From Ranitomeya imitator (lineage: Eukaryota), in the NCBI RefSeq assembly GCF_032444005.1, contig NC_091287.1, forward strand, positions 220,162,001 through 220,226,000: a stretch of DNA of 64,000 nucleotides. Reading direction: 5' to 3'. Below the pieces are notes generated by a model. The model was not told the origin of the DNA, did not search any database, and worked only from the letters and a program-made list of their open reading frames with translations. Numbering within the stretch: the stretch's first letter is position 1; each line of letters begins with the position of its first letter. Positions 36,685 through 49,579 of this stretch are shown here, piece after piece. The position numbers were made by a program, and so were the translations under genes.

Positions 36685-36726
36685 CATTGATGGGACCATA
36701 CAAAACCTATTGAAATCAAATAAAAA
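36685..36726 (+). pseudogene. Decayed duplicate of the host exon at 37538-37580
   Basis: 35 of 43 positions identical. Retains the polypyrimidine-AG acceptor, but has TGG>TGA, a 1-nt deletion and no GT donor. Confidence 0.8.
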
Positions 36727-37537
36727 TCATCTGCCTTAACTCATTTCGATCTTTTTTATGCCTTATCTCCACATTTCTGATATATCAACAAAGGCAACCA
36801 AATGCCTAATGTCGTTTTATTGTGATGTGATCGTTTGACTGACGTAATCCTAAAAATGATGCATGTATGAAAGCAAAAAATACGGTAGATTTCCTTTTCT
36901 CCCTCTTTTAACGATTGCATTTACAGAGCAGCTACTGGGCTGCGTTGCCTCCTGCACACAGTAGTACCATGCGTACGTTCTGCTCATAAGCATGAGGCGT
37001 ATAGAACCTCCATACCGGGAATATCAATCCAGACCACACAATCCTTCTGCTTTTCAATCATTTCCATTCATTTTAAGGGAACAGAGCCTTATGGCTTTGT
37101 GCTGTTGAGGTGTTTTGTAGCAATGTCAACCTTTTTATATATTTGAATATTTTACAAAAATGTTTAAGAACAAAACCGAAGAAAGAAACCACAATTAGCA
37201 TATACCTTGTAGTAAGTAAATAAGCCAATAGTAGTAGTCCATGTAAATATCTTGGGCTACTTGGTTATAACACTATTTTCATCGAAAAAGTGTAATAGCC
37301 ATCCCACCACGACAAGGTTATCTTGGGTTTTGTCTGTAAAATGGCCACAGTGTGAATGTGCTTCTTCACATTGCACGTACAACAACTTGTGCTCTGGCTC
37401 ATTTCCGTGGTTTCGCTAAATATTTATGGGTATTAATTTGTACCACAAAACTTGAGCAAGTATATTGATATAATGTTATATAGTGGTATTCACACAGTTA
37501 ATCGAAATGTGTTTTTTTTTTTCCTCACCAATTTTAG

Positions 37538-37580
37538 CACTGGCTGGATCATACAAAACCTATTAAAAAACAAATAAAAA
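37538..37580 (+). CDS. EPB41L4B: Host FERM-domain gene exon (HWLDHTKPIKKQIK), band 4.1-like 4B (EHM2)-like
   Basis: 43-nt exon with ttttag| and |gtaagt. Peptide matches my recollection of EPB41L4B HWLDHAKPIKKQMK better than EPB41L5. Confidence 0.88.
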
Positions 37581-37924
37581 GTAAGTACCTTTTGCATGAC
37601 ATATATAACAAATAATCTCACTTTAGGTGATATTTAAAGGACCCCTGCAGGTTTTGTCTTATTTCCCCAATAATGTATGTGCAGTGTATGAATTCTCAGT
37701 CTTACCGGACTCTGTCTTCTGCCGTTTGCAGCACTGCTGCCGACCTCTTCTCGTTCATATGACCAGCCGACTCACACATATTTACAATGAGAAAGTGACA
37801 TCCAGACCACACAGAAATGTTGTTGTGAGGCGGCTGGTCACCGCTGTGGTAGCATGATACAAAGGTGGACTGGACCGAAGCTGCAAACGGCAGAAGCCAA
37901 TGACAGATGTTTTAGCGCACTCAC

Positions 37925-38135
37925 TGAATTTATTTATTTCTTATGCTTATATAGCGCTATCATATTCCACAGCGCTTTACAAAAATTATCACTGTCCCCA
38001 TTGGGGCTCACAATCTAGAATACCCAGTATGTCTTTGGAGTGTGGGAGGAAACCGGAGAACCCGGAGGAAACCCACGCAAACACGGAGAGAACATACAAA
38101 CTCCTTGCAGATGTTGTCCTTGGTGGGATTCTTTA
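37925..38135 (-). mobile_element. V-SINE-type SINE with L2-like 3' tail (5' part missing)
   Basis: Minus strand gtttgtatgttctctccgtgtttgcgtgggtttcctccggg...cccacactccaaagacat core, ending gtaaagcgctgtggaatatgatagcgctatataag...aataaataaa. Confidence 0.75.
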
Positions 38136-38805
38136 CTGATGGCAACTTGTGTACATACAGATATATAGAGGTAATTTGCAGGTGAATAATGGTTAAATCC
38201 TGTCTGGCAGGCTTAGTGGATCAGCCATTGCAGGGTAAAAATGAAGTTTGGGGGTGGTGCAGGGAGCTGTTACAGTCACCACTCCCTACATAATGACATA
38301 ATGAGCATAGTGTCATCACTACACGACACAAGGATTGCCTGCCCACTCTTCAGTGTGATCACAACGCAGGCTGTCATTCAATGTGGCCAGGCAGTGATCT
38401 CGCTGTGCAATGAGCAATGACTGTTACCGCTCCCTTCACTACCCCGATGACTGGTAGCAAGTGCCTGCAGCGAGAATAGAGCTTCATTTTCTCCCAATAG
38501 CCGCTGCTCCAGGAAGACTGCCAGTCATGTTTTAAACGCCATTTACCTGAAGATTACTATGTAGCTATAAGTAACTAGCGGTTCTGAAGGTGACTGGTTC
38601 CCTTTTAAAGAGACTGCCTGAATTAGGGCACATGCATAGGACAGTGTGCTGCAGCTATATCTGGGGCCATCCAAGTGTGGTGTATACAGTAAATGAATTT
38701 TGTATTTTTTTATGCAATGGCTGAAGCGGTCGAACTCCCTTGTTGCCTCTTGTGTAGGCCTTGCAATGGCATGTCTGATGTCAATGTGAGATTGACTCAC
38801 AAGTA

Positions 38806-40407
38806 CAGTCATGGCCAAAAGTATTGACACCCCTGCAATTCTGTCAGATAATACTCATTTTCTTCCTGAAAATGATTGAAAACACAAATTCTTTGGTATT
38901 ATTGTCTTCATTTAATTTGTGTTAAATGAAAAAACACAAAGAGACTTGTCCTAAAGCCAAATTGGATATAATTCCACACCAAACATAAAAAACGGGGTGG
39001 ACAAAAGTATTGGCACTGTTTGAAAAATCATGTGATGCTTCTCTAATTTCTGTAATTAACAGCACCTGTAACTTACCTGTGGCACCTAACAGGTGTTGGC
39101 AATAACTAAATCACACTTGCAGCCAGTTCACATGGATTAAAGTTGACTCAACCTCTGTCCTGTGTCCTTGTGTGTACCACGTTGAGCATGGAGAAAAGAA
39201 AGAAGACCAAAGAACTGTCTGATGACTTGAGAAACCAAATTGTGAGGAAGCATGAGCAATCTCAAGGCTACAAGTCCATCTCCAAAGACCTGAATGTTCC
39301 TGTGTCTACCGTGCGCAGTGTCATCAAGAAGTTTAAAGCCCATGGCACTGTGGCTAACCTCCCTAGATGTGGGTGGAAAAGAATAATCGACAAGAGATTT
39401 CAACGCAAGATTATGCGGATGTTGGATAAAGAACCTCGACTAACATCCAAACAAGTTCAAGCTGCCCTGCAGTCCGAGGGTATAACAGTGTCAACCCGTA
39501 CTGTCCGTGGGCATCTGAATGAAAAGGGACTGTATGGTAGGAGACCCTGGAAGACCCCACTTCTTACCCCGAGACATAAAAAAGCCAGGCTGGAGTTCGC
39601 CAAAACTTACCTGAAAAAGCCTAAAATGTTTTGGAAGAATGTTCTCTGGTCAGATGAGACAAAAGTAGAGCTTTTTGGGCAAAGGCATCAACATAGAGTT
39701 TACACGAGAAAAAAAAAAAACATGGTGGAGCTTCCCTGATGTTTTGGGGTTGCTTTGCTGCTTGTGGCACTGGACTGCTTGACCGTGTGCATGGCATTAT
39801 GAAGTCTGAAGACTACCAACAAATTTTGCAGCATAATGTAGGGCCCAGTGTGAGAAAGCTGGGTCTCCCTCAGATGTCATGGGTCTTCCAGCAGGACAAT
39901 GACCCAAAACACACTTCAAAAAGCACTAGAAAATGGTTTAAGAGAAAACACTGGAGACTTCTAAGGTGGCCAGCAATGAGTCCACACCTGAATCCCATAG
40001 AAGACCTGTGGAGAGATCTAAAAATGGCAGTTTGGAGAAGGCACCCTTCAAATATCAGGGACCTGGAGCAGTTTGCCAAAGAAGAATGGTCTAAAATTCC
40101 AGCAGAGCATTGTAAGAAACTCATTGATGGTTACCGGAAGCGGTTGGTCGGAGTTATTTTGGCTAAAGGTTGTGCAACCAAGTATTAGGTTGAGGGTGCC
40201 AATACTTTTGTCTGGCCCATTTTTGGAGTTTTGTGTGAAATGATCTAGGTTTTGCTTTTTGCTTCATTCTCTTTTGTGTTTTTTCATTTAAGACAAATTA
40301 AATGAAGATAATAATACCAAAGAATTTGTGTTTGGAATCATTTTCAGGAAGAAACTGAGTATTATCTGATAGAATTGCAGGGGTGTCAATACTTTTGGCC
40401 ATGACTG
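38806..40407 (+). mobile_element. Full-length Tc1-like element, transposase disrupted near 39720
   Basis: TA flanks (38804-38805, 40408-40409), TIR cagtcatggccaaaagtattgacacccctgc, and motifs WSDETK, QDNDPKH and SPHLNPIEDLW. Confidence 0.95.
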
Positions 40408-40686
40408 TACTTGTGGATGTAATTTCTGTAATTATAGTTTAGCGAGATATCACCCACTGATCTCGGTGAGATAGGATTGTGTAATGTAGTCATTAAAAAT
40501 GCCTGATCACATCTGCAGTGGATTAAACCGACCAATGCAAACTGTATTCTGGATTCTGTTCATGTAAAGCATGATATGGCGACTAGTTGTCCTCAGCAAC
40601 ACAAGATCCCGATGTTTCCCATTCAGTTGTGATCAGCTCCTCATTCCTCATTCAGCTGAAACCATGTAAACAAGTTTGGATTTTAA

Positions 40687-41047
40687 AAGGAATCTGTCAC
40701 CTAGTTTTGCTGCACCCTCTGAGAGCAGCATGATGCCTAATTTTAACAAAAATGACTTATCTGCTTTAGATCTGCCAGTTTTCAAATACTGAGCTCTTTA
40801 TAACCTCACCCACACCACTGATCAGTAGCTTTCTGTGTGCACTGTCCATAGGTAGAAAGCTGCCAATCAGTGGTGCAGACGGGGTTCTACAGAGCTCAGC
40901 ATGAAGAGAATCGATATATTTGAAACAGCGGTTTCATAAAAACTGCAGCAATCGGCCCGGTAAGCGACATATTACTGGATTCAGGGTCTCTGTGTCTACA
41001 TTATGCTGCTCTTAGAATAGGTGGAAAAATATGGTGATAGATCCCCT
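40687..41047. mobile_element. Kolobok/T2-type MITE
   Basis: TTAA on both sides. Termini aaggaatctgtcacc / ggtgatagatcccct. Confidence 0.75.
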
Positions 41048-41145
41048 TTAAGACGCTGTATCAGTCACATGACTACTTTTTAGTAGTATGGTTAGTTGAT
41101 GACCACATCCACCATTAGAGACTACGCATGTAATCCTTTGTTTTA

Positions 41146-41727
41146 GGCTGCTTTCACACATCAGGTTTTTGGTTTCAGGCACAATCCGGCAGTTTCAGGC
41201 ACAATCTGGATCAGTTTTTTTCTGATGCCTGATCCGTTTTTTCCCCCTAGAGTTGTATTACTGCTGGATTGTGCCTGAAGGACATCCGTTTCATCCGTTT
41301 TGTGCCGGATCCGTCCCTTCAGGCTTTTTTGCTGGATACAAAAAACATCTCCTGCAACGTTTTTTGTGTCCGGCGAAAAAGCCTGAAGGGACGTTTCCAG
41401 CAATAAACGCATGGAACTGATGTGTGAAAGAACATTTCCGGCGACCGAATCCGTTTTTAACACACTGAGCATGCCCAGAAGCTTTATTTTTGATTCTAGC
41501 ACGGACAAATATCTCTCTCTCTCTCCCTCTCCCTCCCTCTCTCTCCCTCTCTCCCTGTCTCCCTCGCCCTCAAAAAACATGCGCAGTACATAGAGCCGGA
41601 TCCAGCTAAAAAAACGGATCCGGTGCATCAGTTTGCATCCATTTTTTCACTATTTACACCGGATCCGTTTTTTAGCACATTTGCCGGATTGGGCCTGAAG
41701 CAAAAAACCTAATGTGTGAAAGCAGCC
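41146..41727. mobile_element. PIF/Harbinger-type MITE ending ~60 bp upstream of a host splice acceptor
   Basis: TTA duplication (41143-41145, 41728-41730). Termini ggctgctttcacacat / atgtgtgaaagcagcc. Confidence 0.9.
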
Positions 41728-41786
41728 TTAAACTATTATTATGCACTGTAATCATTTTTTTTATCACGCTCTTGTATTTTTAACAG

Positions 41787-41865
41787 TTGGCCCTCCATAT
41801 ACTTTGCACTTTCGAATTAAATATTATTCCTCAGAACCAAACAATCTACATGAAGAGTTTACAAG
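41787..41865 (+). CDS. EPB41L4B: Host FERM-domain gene exon (IGPPYTLHFRIKYYSSEPNNLHEEFTR)
   Basis: 79-nt exon with aacag| and |gtatgt. Phase-compatible with both neighbouring exons. FERM F1/F2 sequence typical of EPB41L4B. Confidence 0.92.
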
Positions 41866-42746
41866 GTATGTTTTGTGTGCATGTACGATGGAGGATGGCA
41901 TAGCATTGTACTACTGTCACAGTTTTAATAAGATTCAAATCTATTCCAATCACCGACTAATGACTCATGTTTACCTCGAGCTATCTTCACATTTATTTCA
42001 TTGAGAACTTTCCCGGTACAAGCCATACACCTAAGCTGTCCAGTGTATGAGGAGTATATGAGTATATATGAGGAGTATACTGGGTGAATGGTGCCCGATG
42101 GGATGAAGCTGGTTTGTTTTTCTGTTCTTTATAGCTTGTATAGAATGTAAGCCATATTTTCAGTACCACTGCACTCAGGCCACTGTTATGCCATAGGTCT
42201 GCTCAAATGATGTTTTGTTTGTTTTTTTTTACACTGAATGTCCATGTGAAAAAAAAATTGCAGAATGCACTAGTCTTTATCCTATTTCAGATAAGACTCG
42301 CCTACTCACCGTGGTCCCAAATAAATCATCTTTGCAGAATCCAAGTATTATGCATACAAAGTCATTAACACAGAAAACTGTATTTGGTATTGTAAATTTT
42401 ATTAACTGCTGATGTATAAAAAGTATGTCCTATGAATGCCAAATGGATGTTTTAAAAATAAAAATACGGATCACAATATAGATGCAAGATTTTTTTATAC
42501 TCTTGTGAATTTACGCTGTAGTATAGCTTAGCCTTAGGCTATATAGTCAGTGGTATATATTGCAGCCTAATGTTGGAGGTATATGTCCGGAAATACTCTG
42601 CACATAAACTATGCTTACAAATATTGGACAATTTGCAGTTTTGTTGATTAATTTTATTATTGAACAACTACAGTTCTGCCGGTCATTAAAAAAGGTTAAT
42701 AAACCAGAATATTTAAATAAGTAACAGTGAGGTTTTGTCTTTCTTA

Positions 42747-42961
42747 GGCCGGTGTCACACTTGCAACTGCAATGCGAGAAACTCGCACGAGTCTTTCTCT
42801 TCACTACCCGGCACTGCCGCTGGCACTCTGGATCGGAGTGTGCGGCTGCATGTATTTCTATGCCCTGAATGCTCCGGTCCAAACCGCCGGCGGCAGTGCC
42901 GAGTATTGAGGTGAGACTTGTGTGAGTTTCTCGCATTGCAGTTGCAAGTGTGACACCGGCC
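42747..42961. mobile_element. PIF/Harbinger-type MITE (215 bp)
   Basis: TTA duplication. TIR ggccggtgtcacacttgcaactgcaatgcgagaaact / reverse complement. Confidence 0.92.
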
Positions 42962-42974
42962 TTAAGGGAACATC

Positions 42975-43545
42975 TGTGCATAATTATTGGGCAAATGTTA
43001 GTGTACATAATTATTATGTAACTGAATGAAAAACGGAAATTTTCTTATCTCAATTGTCTGTTTTCATCTGTAAAAGTGATAATAATAACCAAACAATTAA
43101 AAATGTAGAAAAATTATCTTGGACATTAAAAAAACACAGTCACCAATATAGCTTCCCCTTCGTTTCAATAACATTCATAAGTCTTCATTCCATAGAGTCT
43201 GATCTGTCAGTTTCTTAATCTGTTGACAATCACCATGTTTGGGTAGCACCATCCACAGCCTCCAAGATCTCAATATAGTTTAGGCCAGGTGAGAAAAGGG
43301 CCATGTCATTATTTTTTCATCTTTAAGGCCTTTGCTGATTAGCCAAGCGGTTGAGTATTTTGATTCTTGTGATGGAGCACAGTTCTGCATAAAAATCATT
43401 TTCTTGAAAGATGCAGACTTTTTCCTGTGCCACCCCTTGAAGAGTGTTTTCTAAAAACTGGCAGTAGGTTTGGTAGTTGCGTCCATATTCGACCTGAAAA
43501 AGTCCAACTATCTCATTTTTAATAATACCAGCCCATAACACTCAG
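42975..43545 (-). mobile_element. Tc1-like fragment (TIR plus part of transposase)
   Basis: gtgcataattattgggcaa TIR-like sequence (a related piece is at ~9536-9635) and ORF LWAGIIKNEIVG..YCQFLENT. Confidence 0.6.
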
Positions 43546-43599
43546 TGATTGACAAGATCACCTTCTCTGAGCACTAATTTCACATATCTTTTTACAATT

Positions 43600-43920
43600 A
43601 TTGTTCATTCAGACTGCAAAAAATACAGTGGAGCTGGGAGATATTTCCTTGGAACAACGGAAATTAATTCTTGAACTAATTCCAAGGATATCTCCTTTTT
43701 AATCTTAGACTATTACAAATATGTCTTGTCCCATATGGTGGAGCCCAGAAGATGTATACTGGGTCTTTTGGGGGAAAATATAGACATAGACTGTCCAATG
43801 GCTCTGGGCATCTCAAGGATTCTTTTTCAGGCACGTAAACTGCTGGCGTATCATTGGTTAGATTTAAACCCTCCAGCCTGACCAGAATTGGAGAGTAAGA
43901 TGAATTTTCAAGGATATCAT
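43600..43920 (+). mobile_element. L1-like ORF2 C-terminal remnant
   Basis: Degenerate ARKLLAYHW..NPP motif. Confidence 0.45.
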
Positions 43921-43939
43921 TAACACACCACCTCTTCTT

Positions 43940-45025
43940 CTCACCCTCTATCTGTTAGTGTCCTCCAAGGTTCAGTTCTAGGACCCCTGCTCTTCTCCAT
44001 CTGTACCTTCGGCCTGGGGCAGCTTATAGTCCCATGGCTTTCAATATCATCTCTATGCTGATGATACAAAGATCTACCTCTCGGAACCTGATATCGCCTC
44101 CATAATAACTAGATTCCCACAATGTCTGTCCTAAAACTTAAAGAGGTTGTCCACTGCTTCTACATTGATGGCCTGTCCTTAGGATAGGTCATCAATGTCT
44201 GATCGGAAATTGACAAACAGAATTTATCATCTTTCCCCCATCTCACTCAGTTTCCCCAACAGACTTATCCCTCAAAGTCAATGACTCCTCATTCTCCCCA
44301 GTAGCTTGCTGCTTTTGGGTAACCCCTGACTCTCTCCTTCAAACCACATATCCAACCCCTTTTCACCTCTTGCCGACTCCAACTAAAAAATATTTCCCGG
44401 ATCCATGTATTCCTTCACCAAGAATCTGCCAAAACAACTGCATTCCCTCATCTCCCGTCTTGACTACTGCAACTTCCTGATCTGTGGCCTCCCTTCTAAC
44501 TCTCTCGCACCCCTTCAATCTTTCCTAAACTCTTCAGCCTGACTAATCAACCTGTCCCTCTATTACCCAGCCTCTCCTCTCTGTCAATCTCTTCACTGGA
44601 TCCCCATCGCCTAGAGACTCCAGTTCAAAAAATCTAACCATGACATATACGAAGCTATCTGTAACATGTCTCCTCCATACATCTGTGACCTACTCTCCCA
44701 GTATTTACCTGCATGCAACCACTGATCTTCACAAGATCTCCTTCTCTACTCTCCTCTTATCTCCTCTTCCCTCAATCGCATACAAGATTTCTCCCTTGTA
44801 TCCCCTCTACTCTGGAACTTTCTAACACAACATATCAGACTCTCGCCTACTGTGGAAACCGTCAATAGGAACCTGAAGATTTACCTCTTCCAACAAGCCT
44901 ACAACCTGCAGTAACCCTCATTCCACTATACTGCTGCACGACCAGCTCTATCCTCACCTACTGTATCCTCACCCATCCCTTGTAGACTGAGCCCTCACGG
45001 GTAGGGTCCTCTCTCCTCCTGTATT
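43940..45025 (+). mobile_element. Decayed L2 LINE 3' portion with a short MITE piece inside (~44137-44205)
   Basis: RT motifs V(L)[11 protein letters not shown] and [11 protein letters not shown], downstream LDYCN and LHWIP, and 3' end ccctcacgggtagggtcctctctc. Confidence 0.8.
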
Positions 45026-45774
45026 AGAAGAGAAACTGCATGTGTGAATGAGTCAATGTGGGGACTCTGGTTGGATATTCCCTATATGTCTTTTTACATA
45101 CTGATAAGAGGGATCCTTTTGGTGAAGAGTATGAGGGGGATTTAATGTCATGCACATCAACTGTATCATATCTGAGATTACATTTCTCCTTCAAATTGTG
45201 CAGCTGTAGCAGGACACATGGCTCAGCAGGTGGTCCAGCCTCATCAGCTTTAAAAAAAAAAAAAAAAAAAAAAAAAACACCCCCAGCAATTTAACTTGTA
45301 CCAAGGATCTCCATACAGGATTACTCCCTGGGGTCCACACTGTGTAACTGCTTCATTCTAACTTCCCAGATGAGGGTTTCATGATTTTTAAGGAGAATAT
45401 GAAGTTATGGTACTTCTTACATGTACAACAGTTATATTTTTGATATCTCTGAAACGGCCTGACAGAGTCCCAATCCGCTCTATCACCCCAGAGTGGGGAG
45501 ATACACAGAACAGCTAGCAGAAGCCAGGTAGAAAAGCAGTGTCTTGTCTCCAAGCATAACAGGAGCCCAGCCGGATTGCTTGGCACCAAAACTGCCGCCC
45601 TCTCTCACTCCCTGTGCCTCCCTGCGGCTTTATGGAGAAGGGGCTGTCTGTGTAAAATTATGCTAAGCTGACCTTGTGTGTCTTGCGGAATGTCACATTG
45701 GTGAAAATGGGGAGACCGTACCATGTGATCCCTCTGACATAATAGTAACATCAGGTGGAGGTGTGGTTCATCAC

Positions 45775-46720
45775 ACTTTCTTTCTTTTAAACATTTCTTT
45801 ATTGGGTTATATAACACAAATAAACAATAATATAAAACTACATAACAGGGTGTGTGTGTTTTTTCAATAGAATGTTATCAAAAGTTCTTTCATTAGGTCG
45901 TCACATAGTACATGTTAAGATTAATCATAGTAGAAAGTACAATCTTTCATTCCACAAGTTTGTCTTCATTTTCCTACTTTTTTATAAGAAAGGAGTCTAA
46001 CCCAATGTGTACACACCTATAGATCTTAAATTATTACATTGATGTAGAGAGACGGATAGAAAAAGTAGGGTGGGGAAAATCAGATGAAGGAGAGGAGGTA
46101 GGGGAGGGCAGGGGAGTACTCCATGTAAGAATGGATATTGGTATAGGTGGTTAGTGCCTTACAGCGTCATGAGACCTATGTAACAAGCATTAATCTCTCA
46201 TGAAAGCCTGTTAGTTTTTAGGGTGGACGCCAGATCTTCATTCAGTCGCTGTGTGAGACTGCTGACTCATCATCCTTAAGTATTCTTCCGATTCTCTATA
46301 CAGAACCCATGGCTTCCATGTTACCCCAAACCTGTCTCTTGAGAAGTTTGTGAAAGCTCCAATTTCCTCTACATAATAAAGATGATCAACTTTTTGGAGC
46401 CAATCAACAACGCTCGGGCTACTCTGAGAGCACCATTTTGTGGAAATAATTACTTTGGCCACTGCTAATAAAAATAAGAGTAGTGATTTGAACTTAGTCT
46501 GTGAAATATCGCTAGACCAGTTCAGAAAGATGAGGTTCGGCCGTGGGGGGTTTGAAAGTTTGCACAACTTGGTAATAATTTTCAAAACACTATTCCAAAA
46601 CGGTCTAATCTTATCACGACCACCAAATGTTCAGGAACTCCCCTTTATCTTTATTACATCTCCAACAGGCTGGGGGTATGTCATCAAACTTTCTATTATG
46701 CGTCCTCTTACAGTTAGGCC
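45775..46720 (-). mobile_element. L1-like LINE 3' end
   Basis: Minus-strand CWRC..KGEFLNIWW zinc knuckle, AKVIISTKW..SP..DW and TWKPW (ORF 46238..46585), then AATAAA and an A-rich tail. Confidence 0.8.
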
Positions 46721-46859
46721 TTGAAGTAATAAAAAAAAGAAGGAATAATTGAAATTAGAATCCTATGACAGAACAGTGAATGAGATTCAACTCTTGGTTA
46801 GATGAATATTGTCACTGGTGAAGTCACACATAGTCCAGAGTAACTCTGCTGCCCCATTA

Positions 46860-48660
46860 GTGAGTGGGTCGTGTATCCCACAGGGATTTCATCTGGATCA
46901 CGTATTTTGTAGATTTAGATGGAAACCCCGATGTCTGTGCTCAGTATAGCGCACAAAATAAATGTAAACTGATCCCAAATGTTTTGTACCTTAAAATGCC
47001 ACCAATAAACGCTTCTACTCAACCCACAAAAAACAAACCCCCACTCTGATCCATCATCTGTTAACAGAAATATAGGGGGTGTCCATGTTACTCTGGAAAA
47101 GTGAGATGGCTTCCACCAAAAGAAATTAAGCGAAATCTGTGCTCACAAATCCAAATATCCCCTTCCTTCTAAGCTCAACAGTGTCTAAGCCACAGTTAGT
47201 ATTCACTTGGCATTACTGCAGTGAGGAGAGCCCACTAAATTTATAGGGTGTGTGGCTCTAGAAGCACGAGCTGGGAACAACATACGGACACTACAATGTC
47301 ATATTTGCATCTTCATTCTGCAACATTCATTGCTGCTTGTTTCTTGAAAACACCAATGGAATCCAAATCATCAATACACCCATAGATGAATTTCCAGAAG
47401 GGTGTAATTTTAAAATTGGGGTCATTTGAGGGGTGGTTTTGCTCTTCTGGCAACTACGGGCACTGCAAACAGTCTGCAAGCTATTCTAGGAAATTCTGCA
47501 CTGCAAGGGTCAGATAGCGCGCCTTCCCTCTCGGGTTTGAAGTGAGACCAAACAGTACAGTACATCTGCATGTGGGGTATTGCCATATTCACAAGAAATT
47601 GTCACAAATTGTGGTCACGTATACCCGTTTCCCAAACATTTAAAATTTAATAACATTTTAGTGGTAAAAATATAATATTTTTTTTCACCTCCCAATGGTA
47701 TAACATTTAGTGAAACACTGGTGTCAGTATGCTCACACACCACTAGATGATTTCATTAATAGGTGTAGTTTGTAAAACGAAGTAACTTATGGGGGGTCTG
47801 CGTCCTGACACCTCAAATTCTCTGTCAGAGTGACATGGCAGCTGTAAATCTGAGATTTCCATTGTGCCAGAAAAGCAGTTTCCAAATACATATATGGTGT
47901 ATTGCCATACTCGGGAAAAATTGCATAACTAATTTTGTGGACAATTTTCTCCTATTAGCCCTTTTGAAAATTTGGGGCTAAAATAACATTTTTGTGGAAA
48001 AAATGAAATTTTACATTTTCACAGCCCAGTGTTAATCAATTCTGTGAAATACCTGTCTGTTTAAAATGCTCACTTCACCCCTAGAAGAATTCTCAAATAG
48101 GTGCAGTTTCCAAATTAGGGTCTTTTGTGGGGGTTTCTTCTGTTATGGGCATCTCAGGAGCTCTATCAATGTGACATGGTTTCCACAATCTGTTCTAGAA
48201 AAACTTGTGCGCCATATGTTAAATTAAATGTGCTCCTTCCCATGCTGAGCCATGCTGTGCGTACTCAGGAGCAATTGCACAACAAATTGTGGTCCATTTT
48301 CTCCTGTTACCTTTTGTGAACAATAAAAATTTGGGGCTAAAACATTTTTTTGGGGAAAAAATTTAATTTTTATTTTTCATAGCGCAACATAATAAAATCT
48401 TGTGAAGCACCTGTGGGTTCAAAATGGGGTCAATTCTAGGGTTTTTCGGTGTTTAGACACATCAGGCGCTCTGCAAATGCGATATGGCGTCTATCTATTC
48501 CAGCCAATTTTGCGTTTCAAAAAGTCAAATGATGCTCCTTCCCTTCCAAACACTGTCTTTCACTCAAATAGTACTTTTTCACCACATACGAGGTATCTAT
48601 TTACTCAGGGGAAATTTCACAACAAATTGTATGGTCCATGACTGCAGTATTTTAGAGGCT
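46860..48660. repeat. Diverged ~340-360-bp internal tandem subunits of the piggyBac-like family
   Basis: Motif c.ctaga.ga.tt...ag.gtg.ag ttt..aaa...ggg.t..ctt recurs at ~47381, ~47741 and ~48079. Similar to 9060-9535. Confidence 0.6.
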
Positions 48661-48682
48661 TCCCTCCAACTTTCCCTTTTAA

Positions 48683-49579
48683 CCCCTTAGTGACAGAGCC
48701 AAATTTTTGAAATCTGACCAGTGTCACTTTGTGGTAATCACTCTGGAACGCTTCAACAAATCCCAGTGATTTTGAGACTTTTTTTTCGTGACACATTATA
48801 CTTTATGATAATGGTAAATTTGTGTTTATTTATAAAAAATATCAGAAATTTGAAAAAAATGTTAAAAAATTTGCAATTTTCAAACTTTGAGTGATTATCC
48901 CTTTAATCCCGATAGTCATACCACAGCAAAACATTAATAAATAACATTTCCCACACGTCTGCTTTACATCAGCACCATTTGCAAAACGTTATTTTATTTT
49001 GTTAACATTTTAGGAGGTTTAAAAATGTAGCAACAATTTAAATTTTTTTCAAGGAAATTTGGGGGTCCTATATAAAGGGAAATCCCCACTAGTGATAGCA
49101 TTTTAAAAACAGCACCCCCTGACATATTGAAAACTGCAGTCAGGTAGTTGGTTAACCCTTCAGGTGATTTTCAGGAATTAATGCAAAGTGGCATGAGAAA
49201 AATTTAAATGTGTATTTTTACCACCTAAATGTCACTAACTTCTGAACAGAATACTATAGCCATCAGACTCTAAGGCCGCTATTTGGTAGTTAATTGCTAT
49301 GACAAACATCAGGACCACGCAATCATGATCTGAGACCACCAATTGGGATAAAGAGGAAGCCCCCCCACTCTGATAACCATTTATAATGATGTAGTCACTA
49401 CTGACAGCAGCATCTAAGGGGTTAAATACATTTGGACAATACAAACACTGATCATGGCTGATACAGCAAGTTGTCAGCTATAGTGTACAGCTGACAGCTG
49501 CTGGATTGTCACCTGTATGGGGATATAAGTCTCTTATATCTCAGGTCAGTTAAAAGGCGTATTGGCGGTCACTAAGGGG
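48683..49579. mobile_element. Complete non-autonomous piggyBac-like element (897 bp)
   Basis: TTAA at 48679-48682 and 49580-49583. TIR ccccttagtgac / gtcactaagggg. Confidence 0.88.

Noticed and set aside
1-37537. Search for the preceding FERM exon (expected ...KGQ.LFDQI..HLDL.E.DYFGLQF...)
   Set aside because: No convincing match found by eye. It probably lies upstream of the window, though I may have missed it.
45450-45697. Possible short solo LTR (TG...CA ends)
   Set aside because: Flanks atctc and ttggt give no target duplication, and there is no second copy in the window to confirm it.
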